Shown in pieces: positions 9,132 to 17,289 of a stretch of DNA of 32,000 bases. Position numbers and translations under genes: made by a program. Where the stretch lies: NCBI GenBank assembly GCA_021498095.1, contig JAIZWK010000001.1, forward strand, positions 660,001 through 692,000. The letters are read 5' to 3'. The DNA is from Candidatus Harpocratesius repetitus (GTDB lineage: Archaea; Asgardarchaeota; Lokiarchaeia; Sigyniarchaeales; Promethearchaeaceae). Positions within the stretch are counted from its first letter, which is position 1, and each line of letters begins with the position of its first letter. The notes beneath the pieces are model-generated. The model saw nothing but the letters and a program-made list of their open reading frames with translations, searched no databases and had not been told where the DNA came from.

Positions 9132-10430
9132 ATGGTAAAATTACGTTTTCTTGGAGCTTGTAGAGAAGTAGGGCGAAGTGGAATTCTGATCGAATCTGAA
9201 GAATCAGGAGATAGAATTCTTCTTGATTATGGGATTAAATCTGATCATACTACAATCTTTCCAGAGCATGTGAGCGGCCGTGATTTAAGTGCAATAGTTC
9301 TTTCCCACTCACATATTGATCATTGTGGAGGAATTCCTCTCTTTTATATTTCTGGTTCTGTTCCTCTTTATTGTACAGAATTAACATATAAGGTTTCTGA
9401 AATTCTGCTTAATGATATGCTTCGAATTAATCAACAATATCTTCCTTTTGGAAGAAGGGAAATAAAAAAAATGCATCAATATGTTCAATATCTATCTTAT
9501 AAAAAACATAAAAAGATTGGAAAAAACTCATGGATAACTCTCTATAATGCTGGACATATCCCTGGTTCTGCTATGATTCTAGTTGAGATGGATGGAAAAA
9601 GAATATTATATACAGGTGATTTTAATTTAATTCAAACACAATTATTAAATCCTGTAAATTTATCCGAAATCCCTCCGATTGATGCACTTATAATTGAATC
9701 AACTTATGGTTTAACTTCACATCCAGCTCGTGAGGAGACTGAAGATGAATTAGTATCAAAAGTGAATGAAATTGTCTCTAATGGTGGAATTGCCCTAATT
9801 CCTGCATTTGGAGTGGCGAGAAGCCAAGAAATTCTGATGGTATTAAACAAACATAATCATATCGATTATAAAATTACAGTCGATGGTATGGCAAGAGCGA
9901 TAATTTCTCAATATTCTAATTACCCTTCAATGTTTAGAAATTTTGAAGAATTAATTCATGCTTTTAAAAGCGCTCATATAATAAATCAATACCGAAAAAA
10001 GATTGAGAGATCAAATGCTGCAAGTAATTCTGGAGTAATTATTGCTCCCTCTGGAATGTTAAAGGGAGGAACTGCAAGATATTATGCTGAAAATATAATT
10101 AATGATCCTAAAAATGCAATTTTCTTGGTTTCATACCAAGTTGAAAACACTCCGGGTCAAATTCTTTTAGACACTAACAAATATCAATTAAATGAGCATG
10201 AAAAGATGATTGATATTGTTGCTAAAGTATTTCATTTAGATTTTAGTTCTCATTCAGGACAAACAGAATTGTTGCAATTTATTGATGGAATCAAATTTAT
10301 AAACCAAAACCAGAGAGATGTATTTTGTGTGCATGGGGACGAAGAGACTCTATTAGGATTTGCAAAAGAAGTTGAAAATCATGGATGCAATGTTTATTGT
10401 CCCTATATAAATCAGAAATATTCCCTTTAA
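9132..10430 (+). CDS. MBL-fold beta-CASP ribonuclease (stand-alone aCPSF2-like, no N-terminal KH domains)
   Basis: FLGACREVGRS, LDYG, SHSHIDHCG (HxHxDH), AGHIPGS, YTGDF, IESTYG, IPAFGVARSQE, FSSHSG, VHGD. Start moved from 9036 to ATG 9132 (MVKLRFLG), which matches the family N-terminus. Confidence 0.92.
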   Translation: MVKLRFLGACREVGRSGILIESEESGDRILLDYGIKSDHTTIFPEHVSGRDLSAIVLSHSHIDHCGGIPLFYISGSVPLYCTELTYKVSEILLNDMLRINQQYLPFGRREIKKMHQYVQYLSYKKHKKIGKNSWITLYNAGHIPGSAMILVEMDGKRILYTGDFNLIQTQLLNPVNLSEIPPIDALIIESTYGLTSHPAREETEDELVSKVNEIVSNGGIALIPAFGVARSQEILMVLNKHNHIDYKITVDGMARAIISQYSNYPSMFRNFEELIHAFKSAHIINQYRKKIERSNAASNSGVIIAPSGMLKGGTARYYAENIINDPKNAIFLVSYQVENTPGQILLDTNKYQLNEHEKMIDIVAKVFHLDFSSHSGQTELLQFIDGIKFINQNQRDVFCVHGDEETLLGFAKEVENHGCNVYCPYINQKYSL

Positions 10431-10501
10431 CTGTAAATTACAAAAAAAATGATTATTCAAACTTGATCACATTTTTTTTTAATTTAATGATACTTATTAC
10501 T

Positions 10502-11206
10502 TTAAAAATTACTTTTTTGTCTATTTGAATTAAAAAATTCTTGTATTTCTGATAGTTTAGGGCGTCCATAATGGGTTGAATATTTCTGTTGATCTATAGT
10601 AATTTTTAAGAAATTTGCTAGTATATGCGCAGAAGCCCCCCAAATATTATATTCACGACCTGAATTCTGATCTTGAAAATTAAAACTTAAAACATAATAT
10701 TCTCTTCCATCATGGGTTTTAAAAGGAATTTCATCAAATTTTGGAAGGTGAATTAAGAATTTAAGAGGAATATTGACAATTTCATCTACTTCATTTTGGT
10801 TTAAAACAAAATCTCCCTTTTGAACATTTTTTTTTATAAAACCGACAAAGGGATATATGTTATAGCCGGTTAAAGTGGGAAGGTTATCAATTTTGCCCCA
10901 GATTTCAATGTTTTTTGGAGAGATTCCGATTTCTTCTTGAGTCTCTCGTAATGCAGTTTCTAGAAAATTAAAATCTTTTTTTTTATCAAATTTTCCCCCT
11001 GGAAAGCTCATTTCACCATTGTGGTGGTGCAATCGCTTAGATCTTGCAGTCATGATGATAAATAGATCTTCTTTTTGCTTAAATATTAAAATTAATACAG
11101 CAGCAGGAGTTAAATAAGGAAAATCCATGTTGTTTGCTTTATACTTTTGAATTTGATTTTTAATTCTCAAAAATAAATCAGAAGTGTCTGAAAAATTTTT
11201 ACTCAT
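10502..11206 (-). CDS. Nudix hydrolase, CoA pyrophosphatase (NudL/NUDT7-like)
   Basis: AAVLILI, HNGEMSFPGGK, Nudix box ALRETQEEIG, YNIWGASAHIL. Confidence 0.9.
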   Translation of the reverse strand: MSKNFSDTSDLFLRIKNQIQKYKANNMDFPYLTPAAVLILIFKQKEDLFIIMTARSKRLHHHNGEMSFPGGKFDKKKDFNFLETALRETQEEIGISPKNIEIWGKIDNLPTLTGYNIYPFVGFIKKNVQKGDFVLNQNEVDEIVNIPLKFLIHLPKFDEIPFKTHDGREYYVLSFNFQDQNSGREYNIWGASAHILANFLKITIDQQKYSTHYGRPKLSEIQEFFNSNRQKSNF

Positions 11207-11249
11207 CAACTATAATAGGTGTTTTTGCTTTATTACCATGTGGAAAATT

Positions 11250-11576
11250 ATGCCGAAACAAAATCCTAAGCATCGAAAACCCATTACAGATCTTCCTAAA
11301 ATGGGAATAAAGAAAACCACTGGCACTTGTGGAGTAGATAGATGTAGCAATCAGATAAAGCAACATGTTGCGAAAGCTAATATTGATAAATACTCTTCTC
11401 AATTGAAATGGGAATTGAAAGGAAGTGTAAAGAAGACTCGAAAAATTGGATTATGTAAAGAACACTATAAACAATACCGTAAGATTCAGAAGAAAGAAGA
11501 AAAATTTACTCGACCACGTGATTTCGGCCTAGAAAAAAAACCTTCTCGATATAAATCTAATGCTTTTCTGGAATAA
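11250..11576 (+). CDS. Small basic protein with a putative C-x4-C...C-x2-H zinc site
   Basis: CGVDRC and LCKEHY motifs, Lys/Arg rich. ATG 11250 or 11238 is preferred over 11184, which overlaps the Nudix gene. Confidence 0.75.
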   Translation: MPKQNPKHRKPITDLPKMGIKKTTGTCGVDRCSNQIKQHVAKANIDKYSSQLKWELKGSVKKTRKIGLCKEHYKQYRKIQKKEEKFTRPRDFGLEKKPSRYKSNAFLE

Positions 11577-11603
11577 TCGGATTTTTTATTTTTTTCTGCT
11601 TTA

Positions 11604-11750
11604 TTATCCAAACACTGGAAAAATAAATCCATTTGCAGCCATTTCTTCAAAATATTTTGATATTAACGATACTTGACCGTTTCGTAAACCAATCGCAATG
11701 AAAGTCGTAACGATCAACAATGCAATGATACTCATACCAATTTTACGCAT
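11604..11750 (-). CDS. Small (48 aa) single-TM protein, not in the ORF track
   Basis: MRKIGMSIIALLIVTTFIAIGLRNGQVSLISKYFEEMAANGFIFPVFG. AGGATTGAT lies immediately upstream and the ORF fills an otherwise empty gap. Confidence 0.6.
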   Translation of the reverse strand: MRKIGMSIIALLIVTTFIAIGLRNGQVSLISKYFEEMAANGFIFPVFG

Positions 11751-11824
11751 ATCAATCCTATTTGTTTAAGAAGCTTTATATTTTTTATTTGGCGATTCTT
11801 GAAAAATAATAAAAAAATTGGTTT

Positions 11825-12757
11825 TTAAATCCAACGTGACTTTCGGGGTTGAGCATAATTATTTAAAATTTTAAGTCTATCTTCTTTATTTTCAATATCC
11901 TTCTCAATTTTCTTTTTTTGTTCATTATATTCGTTTTCATCAATCTCTCTCGCTTTGAATCGAGCCTGAATCATTTGGAGCTTATTACGGAGCCTTTTTT
12001 TCTCTGCTTTCTCTTTAGAAATCCAAATAATCACATTATCCCTTAATTCTTGCAATTCTTCTTCACATTTTCGATATTCTGAAGAATATTCCAGTTTAAG
12101 TTGCTCATAGATCTCTTTTTTTACTTTTCGTCGTTTATACTGTCGTTTTAATTCAATTAATTGTTCTCGTTGAATTTCCATTTGATCTTCTAATTCATCC
12201 ATTCGAAATTGTCCTTTTGGTCCTAATTTTTGACGGATTTCTTCTTCTTTACTCAATAATTCATCTTTAATTGATTTAAATGCTTGAAATTTCGCATTCA
12301 TCTTTTTTGCATAATCTATATCATTTTCAAATCGAAATGAATCTAGTTCTTCTTTCAAATCTTGGAGTTTTGTTTTAAGTTTTTTCTTTTTACTTTCAAT
12401 AACTGCCAACTCCATTTTAGCTTCAAGTTGTTCTACAATATTTTGGGGTAAATCGATTTTAGTCTGAAAACTTTCTGTTTTAGCTTTATTTTGATCTTTT
12501 TCTCCAATTTTAGATATATCTTTTACTTGAAATTCTGAGAGATTAGAAGATGAAGATGATCCTTTAATTACATTACTGTTGGAAGATCCAAGTTCTTTAT
12601 CTAGTTCATCGCGCTCTTCAGCAGAATACTTTATTTTCGGCTCTGATTTTTGAAGTTTTGAACCGCAAAATATACAGAATTTATCTGTATTCCTTACCAT
12701 ACGGCCACAGAATGGACATTGAATTTCTTGATATTTCGCCATTATTCTTTCCACCAA
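11825..12757 (-). CDS. Zinc-ribbon plus long coiled-coil protein
   Basis: N-terminal CPFCG...FCIFCG, low-complexity Ser linker, then about 200 aa of heptad-rich Lys/Glu helix. Confidence 0.85.
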   Translation of the reverse strand: MVERIMAKYQEIQCPFCGRMVRNTDKFCIFCGSKLQKSEPKIKYSAEERDELDKELGSSNSNVIKGSSSSSNLSEFQVKDISKIGEKDQNKAKTESFQTKIDLPQNIVEQLEAKMELAVIESKKKKLKTKLQDLKEELDSFRFENDIDYAKKMNAKFQAFKSIKDELLSKEEEIRQKLGPKGQFRMDELEDQMEIQREQLIELKRQYKRRKVKKEIYEQLKLEYSSEYRKCEEELQELRDNVIIWISKEKAEKKRLRNKLQMIQARFKAREIDENEYNEQKKKIEKDIENKEDRLKILNNYAQPRKSRWI

Positions 12758-12851
12758 TTTTATTAAATTAATTTCTCAATGTGAACTAATAGGTGATTGA
12801 ATATTTAATATTTTTAGGAACCGATAATTATGTAAGTGGATACTGAAAAAA

Positions 12852-14327
12852 ATGAGCATACCTAACAAAAATTTAATTCCAATTCATATTGGATTAATGG
12901 GTCATATTGATGCTGGCAAAACCGCAATTGCTCGTTGTTTTACAGAAATTATTTCAACTGCTGGACTGGATAAGCATTCTCAATCACAAGCGCGAGGGAT
13001 CACAATTGATCTAGGATTCACATTTTTCCAATTAGAAAAATACATGATTACTCTAGTGGATGCTCCAGGTCATGCAGATTTAATTAAAAGTGTTGTGAGT
13101 GCAGCAAAAATTATCGATATGGCGATTCTTGTAATAGATGCAACAAAAGGACCTCAAGTGCAAACAGGAGAACACTTACTGATTCTTGATATGTTGAAAA
13201 TTCCGCATGTATTTGTATTGATAAATAAAATTGATCTAATTGCTCAAGCTAAAATTGCTGAATTACAAGAAAAAATACTGAAAATTTTTCAAAAAACTCG
13301 ATATCATAATAAAATTTCCGTTTTTCCTGTATCTGCAAAAAAAAATAAAGGATTTGATGCTGTAAAAGGTTATCTTTTAGAATATTTACATCAAAACCCC
13401 ATTTTTCGAGACAAATCACCCCCTTTTAAATTTCTTTTCGATCATCATTTTTTCATTAAAGGAAAGGGAACAATTTTAACAGGAACTGTAATTACTGGTT
13501 CACGAAAAGTTGGTGAAGAGATAACAATTTTACCTTTAAATCAAAAGTATAGAATTAAATCGATGCAAAAATGGAAAACTCCAGTAAATGAAATTAAAGC
13601 AGGAGATCGATGTGGAATTGCCGTTAAAGGTTTAAATCCAGACTCAGTTCATAGAGGTGCCATTGCTGTTGATGATGTTAATCATTTTATCTGTACAAAA
13701 ATTTTATTAGTTGATGTTCTTATTAACGATTTCTTTATTCAAACATGTAGATTTGGCCAACATTTAACAATCGTTCATAATATGAGAATTCATAATGCTA
13801 AAATTTATCCTATTACTAAAATTCGTACAGACGATTCTGTGCTATTTAAATATCTCCCACATTCTGCAGAAAAAAAACACTTTCAAGCAATAATTTGGTT
13901 TGAAAATGAAGCCTTTTTTCAAGAAAATGATAAACTTTTATTAATGAGGATGGATCTTCCTCCTAAGCAACTTCGAATCGTTGGAGTTGCTGAATTTTAC
14001 TTAAGTCTGAATCTGCCAATTGAAATTTTTAGAGAAAAAATAAAAACTGGAAAAGTAATCAAGCCAGATTATTCATTGAATAGTGTTATTGTATCTGGAT
14101 TGGCACAATCTCTAATTGGTGCTCAAACAATTATAAATCACAAACTTGAATATCCTTTTATTAAAATAAAGGCGCCATTTGGGACAAAAGGTTATGTTGA
14201 AGTTATCTATGATTCTAATTACTTCACTCAAACATCAAATAAAGAAAAGATTTTAACTGAATTGCCTGTTATATTGAAGATCTTAAAACCTTTTAATCTT
14301 GATTTCAAGAAATCCTATCGTTTTTAA
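12852..14327 (+). CDS. selB: Selenocysteine-specific translation elongation factor (archaeal SelB/eEFSec type)
   Basis: GLMGHIDAGKT, TEIISTAGLDK, RGITIDLGF, VDAPGH, GPQVQTGEHL, NKID, DHHFFIKGKGTILTGT, AGDRCG. C-terminal GLAQS...APFGTKG resembles aSelB domain IV. Confidence 0.88.
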   Translation: MSIPNKNLIPIHIGLMGHIDAGKTAIARCFTEIISTAGLDKHSQSQARGITIDLGFTFFQLEKYMITLVDAPGHADLIKSVVSAAKIIDMAILVIDATKGPQVQTGEHLLILDMLKIPHVFVLINKIDLIAQAKIAELQEKILKIFQKTRYHNKISVFPVSAKKNKGFDAVKGYLLEYLHQNPIFRDKSPPFKFLFDHHFFIKGKGTILTGTVITGSRKVGEEITILPLNQKYRIKSMQKWKTPVNEIKAGDRCGIAVKGLNPDSVHRGAIAVDDVNHFICTKILLVDVLINDFFIQTCRFGQHLTIVHNMRIHNAKIYPITKIRTDDSVLFKYLPHSAEKKHFQAIIWFENEAFFQENDKLLLMRMDLPPKQLRIVGVAEFYLSLNLPIEIFREKIKTGKVIKPDYSLNSVIVSGLAQSLIGAQTIINHKLEYPFIKIKAPFGTKGYVEVIYDSNYFTQTSNKEKILTELPVILKILKPFNLDFKKSYRF

Positions 14328-14740
14328 TAATTTGCTTCACCAATAGCAATATTACTTAATAATTCTGTTAATTTTGTATAATATTTGCTTAATCTATGAA
14401 AATAATAACCCAATTTAGAAATACGTTTACTATGAGACAATAACATAAATTTACTATCATCTGAAGTAGTTATTATTGTATAACCGTCTTCACCAGTAAT
14501 GACAATTTGACTTAATTTTCCATACCTTAAACCTTCAGAAACTTTAGATGCTAAGGAAACTAATGTTGCTGGGGATGCAGAATGTTGATCGACATCTGTT
14601 CGTGCATGAGTAGAACTTGCGATCCGTAAACCTGTTTTTGTAACTAAAGCAGTCCCTTCTAAATCTGTAGAACTTTCTAACGCTTCAAGCATACGATGAA
14701 GATCAATTTGTAAATCTTTATCCAGATCAATTTCCGACAT
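14324..14740 (-). CDS. Roadblock/LC7 (LAMTOR2/MglB-like) domain protein
   Basis: LEGTALVTKTGLRIAS, helix ATLVSLASKVSEGL, GKLSQIVITGEDGYTIIT; 138 aa. Converges on selB with a 4-nt overlap. Confidence 0.88.
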   Translation of the reverse strand: MSEIDLDKDLQIDLHRMLEALESSTDLEGTALVTKTGLRIASSTHARTDVDQHSASPATLVSLASKVSEGLRYGKLSQIVITGEDGYTIITTSDDSKFMLLSHSKRISKLGYYFHRLSKYYTKLTELLSNIAIGEANY

Positions 14741-14869
14741 CTATAATCCACTAGGTTAATTCATACTTTAATTATTTTTCCCTACAAAAAAATTTTTGAT
14801 CTTTTCTTAAATAGTATAGGATAAGTTACCCAATCTTTTTAAATGATCTTAATCAAAAGATCTTGAATA

Positions 14870-16786
14870 ATGAAGAACATGCATAAATTTGGCTATATTT
14901 TTCTAATTTGTTTAGTAATGATGAACATTATTCATCAACTACCAGCATCGTTGGCCATTGATAAAGAAAACCATCTAAAAGTAGATGATATGGAATATAA
15001 TTTTAGTTATATCATTACTTCATCAAATGGTGAAGTCTATTTCTATCCCATTGGGATGGTTTCTACTGAAGTAGGTGGCAAAATTCGGTTAGATTTTACC
15101 GGATTCTATGATGAGTGGGGAACAGAACAACCATTTTATAATGTGAGTTTTTATTATAGTGATGGTCGTTTGAATTCAACAGTTGTGAATGTTTCTCAAT
15201 CTACAATCGGAATGAATTTAATCTTGGGTTTTGGTGGATTTTCCCCCAATATTTTAAGTGATACCGATTGGGATGCTCAAGATATCTTAGCGCGTTCTGT
15301 TGCTAATGCACCTTCAAGTGCATCATGGCCCGGATTAAATGGTACCTTAAACATTACTTCTGAATATGGAAGACATGTTTATGAATATCAGCAGAATCCT
15401 GCAAATGGAACACAAGAAACTCGGTTGGTTTATGAAGAGTCTTCTGGTTTACTATATGAATTTTCTTCTAAATTTGAAGGTTACCAGTTAAGTGCTTCTT
15501 TATTACCCGTATCTCATATTGAATACACTATTACTTCATCAAATGGTGAAGTCTATTTCTATCCCATTGGGATGGTTTCTACTGAAGTAGGTGGCAAAAT
15601 TCGGTTAGATTTTACCGGATTCTATGATGAGTGGGGAACGGAACAACCATTTTATAATGTGAGTTTTTATTATAGTGATGGTCGTTTGAATTCAACAGTT
15701 GTGAATGTTTCTCAATCTACAATCGGAATGAATTTAATCTTGGGTTTTGGTGGATTTTCCCCCAATATTTTAAGTGATACCGATTGGGATGCTCAAGATA
15801 TCTTAGCGCGTTCTGTTGCTAATGCACCTTCAAGTGCATCATGGCCCGGATTAAATGGTACCTTAAACATTACTTCTGAATATGGAAGACATGTTTATGA
15901 ATATCAACAGAATCCTGCAAATGGAACACAAGAAACTCGGTTGGTTTATGAAGAGTCTTCTGGTTTACTATATGAATTTTCATCTAAATTTGAAGGTTAC
16001 CAGTTAAGTGCTTCTTTATTGCCTGTATCTCATATTGAATACACAATTACTTCATCAAATGGTGAAGTCTATTTCTATCCCATTGGGATGGTTTCTACTG
16101 AAGTAGGTGGCAAAATTCGGTTAGATTTTACCGGATTCTATGATGAGTGGGGAACAGAACAACCATTTTATAATGTGAGTTTTTATTATAGTGATGGTCG
16201 TTTGAATTCAACAGTTGTGAATGTTTCTCAATCTACTATCGGAATGAATTTAATCTTGGGTTTTGGTGGATTTTCCCCCAATATTTTAAGTGATACCGAT
16301 TGGGATGCTCAAGATATCTTAGCGCGTTCTGTTGCTAATGCACCTTCAAGTGCATCATGGCCCGGATTAAATGGTACCTTAAACATTACTTCTGAATATG
16401 GAAGACATGTTTATGAATATCAACAGAATCCTGCAAATGGAACACAAGAAACTCGGTTGGTTTATGAAGAGTCTTCTGGTTTACTATATGAATTTTCATC
16501 TAAATTTGCAAATTATTCTCTTGATGGAATTCTTTATTTTGAGTCTCAACCTCCATATTTAAATTCCCATCTAAATTTGCAAATAATTACTACATCTGAC
16601 GATAATAATACTACAGATGACACAACTTCAGATGATACAACTTCAGATGACACAACTTCAGATAATGATGATATTGATCAAGAAAAACCTTATGGAATCC
16701 CTTCATACTCAACAACAGGAATATTTGTAATCGCATTATTTATGATTATAATGCTAAAAAAACAAGTTAATTTTAAAAAAGATTAA
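14870..16786 (+). CDS. Secreted/surface glycoprotein: signal peptide, about 3 x 172-aa repeats, Thr/Asp linker, Loki-CTERM-like anchor
   Basis: N-terminal hydrophobic signal; repeated unit (ITSSNGEVYF...YEFSSKF); many N-x-S/T sequons; TTSDD linker; C-terminal GIPSY + TM + KKQVNFKKD. Confidence 0.9.
   Translation: MKNMHKFGYIFLICLVMMNIIHQLPASLAIDKENHLKVDDMEYNFSYIITSSNGEVYFYPIGMVSTEVGGKIRLDFTGFYDEWGTEQPFYNVSFYYSDGRLNSTVVNVSQSTIGMNLILGFGGFSPNILSDTDWDAQDILARSVANAPSSASWPGLNGTLNITSEYGRHVYEYQQNPANGTQETRLVYEESSGLLYEFSSKFEGYQLSASLLPVSHIEYTITSSNGEVYFYPIGMVSTEVGGKIRLDFTGFYDEWGTEQPFYNVSFYYSDGRLNSTVVNVSQSTIGMNLILGFGGFSPNILSDTDWDAQDILARSVANAPSSASWPGLNGTLNITSEYGRHVYEYQQNPANGTQETRLVYEESSGLLYEFSSKFEGYQLSASLLPVSHIEYTITSSNGEVYFYPIGMVSTEVGGKIRLDFTGFYDEWGTEQPFYNVSFYYSDGRLNSTVVNVSQSTIGMNLILGFGGFSPNILSDTDWDAQDILARSVANAPSSASWPGLNGTLNITSEYGRHVYEYQQNPANGTQETRLVYEESSGLLYEFSSKFANYSLDGILYFESQPPYLNSHLNLQIITTSDDNNTTDDTTSDDTTSDDTTSDNDDIDQEKPYGIPSYSTTGIFVIALFMIIMLKKQVNFKKD
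15014..16508 (+). repeat. Intragenic tandem repeat, 516-bp unit, about 2.9 copies
   Basis: ATTACTTCATCAAATGGTGAAG starts at 15014, 15530 and 16046. Copy 3 diverges after 16508. About 99% identical by eye. Confidence 0.97.
16622..16666 (+). repeat. 15-bp tandem repeat x3 (ACAACTTCAGATGAY) encoding the TTSDD linker
   Basis: acaacttcagatgat / acaacttcagatgac / acaacttcagataat are contiguous. Confidence 0.9.
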
Positions 16787-16797
16787 GGGATATCTTT

Positions 16798-17286
16798 ATG
16801 GAATCAAAAGGAAAATCTAAAAATATTAAAAATATTTTAATTTTAAGTTTTTTTTTCTTTATTGTTATCAGTCTTTCATTTATTCTTCCATCTATTTTAC
16901 AAAATGATGAGAATATCGAAGAAAAATCTAAAAATTCAATTATTAAATATGATCCTTTACTACATTTTCGAAATATTAGTCTTACAGTTGATTTTAATAA
17001 TGGGACTATTGATATCCATAAGAATTTAACTATTTGGAAAAACTCCAGCACTGTTTATGATTTATTAACTATATTTTATAAAGTAGGTTATGATAGTTAT
17101 TCATTTGGGATTATAATAACCTCAATTGAAGGAAAAAAAAATGATGTAAATGCAAATACATTTTGGTTTTTCTGGGTAAATGAAGAATATTCAATGTTAG
17201 GGGCTTCTTCAGTTTATTTAAATGATTCTGATTCTGTTTTTTGGGCGTATAGAAATGCAAATGAAGTTCAAGATTTCAAATTTTAG
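16798..17286 (+). CDS. Membrane-anchored DUF4430 (transcobalamin C-terminal-like beta-grasp) protein
   Basis: N-terminal TM, then STVYDLL, GIIITSIEGKKN, FWFFWVNEEYSMLGASSVYLNDSDSVFWAY, the typical ITSInG...W.f.VNg....GA.......gD.i.w.Y pattern. Confidence 0.85.
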   Translation: MESKGKSKNIKNILILSFFFFIVISLSFILPSILQNDENIEEKSKNSIIKYDPLLHFRNISLTVDFNNGTIDIHKNLTIWKNSSTVYDLLTIFYKVGYDSYSFGIIITSIEGKKNDVNANTFWFFWVNEEYSMLGASSVYLNDSDSVFWAYRNANEVQDFKF

Positions 17287-17289
17287 AAA

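Noticed and set aside
11199-11402. Minus-strand 67-aa ORF
   Set aside because: Antisense to the better supported C3H zinc protein.
14324-14327. Roadblock gene overlapping the GTPase SelB as an MglA/MglB-like pair
   Set aside because: The genes are convergent and SelB is a translation factor, so there is no basis for a functional link.
15014-16666. Repeats as a CRISPR array or mobile element
   Set aside because: The units are contiguous, in frame and coding, with no spacers, terminal repeats, transposase or cas genes.
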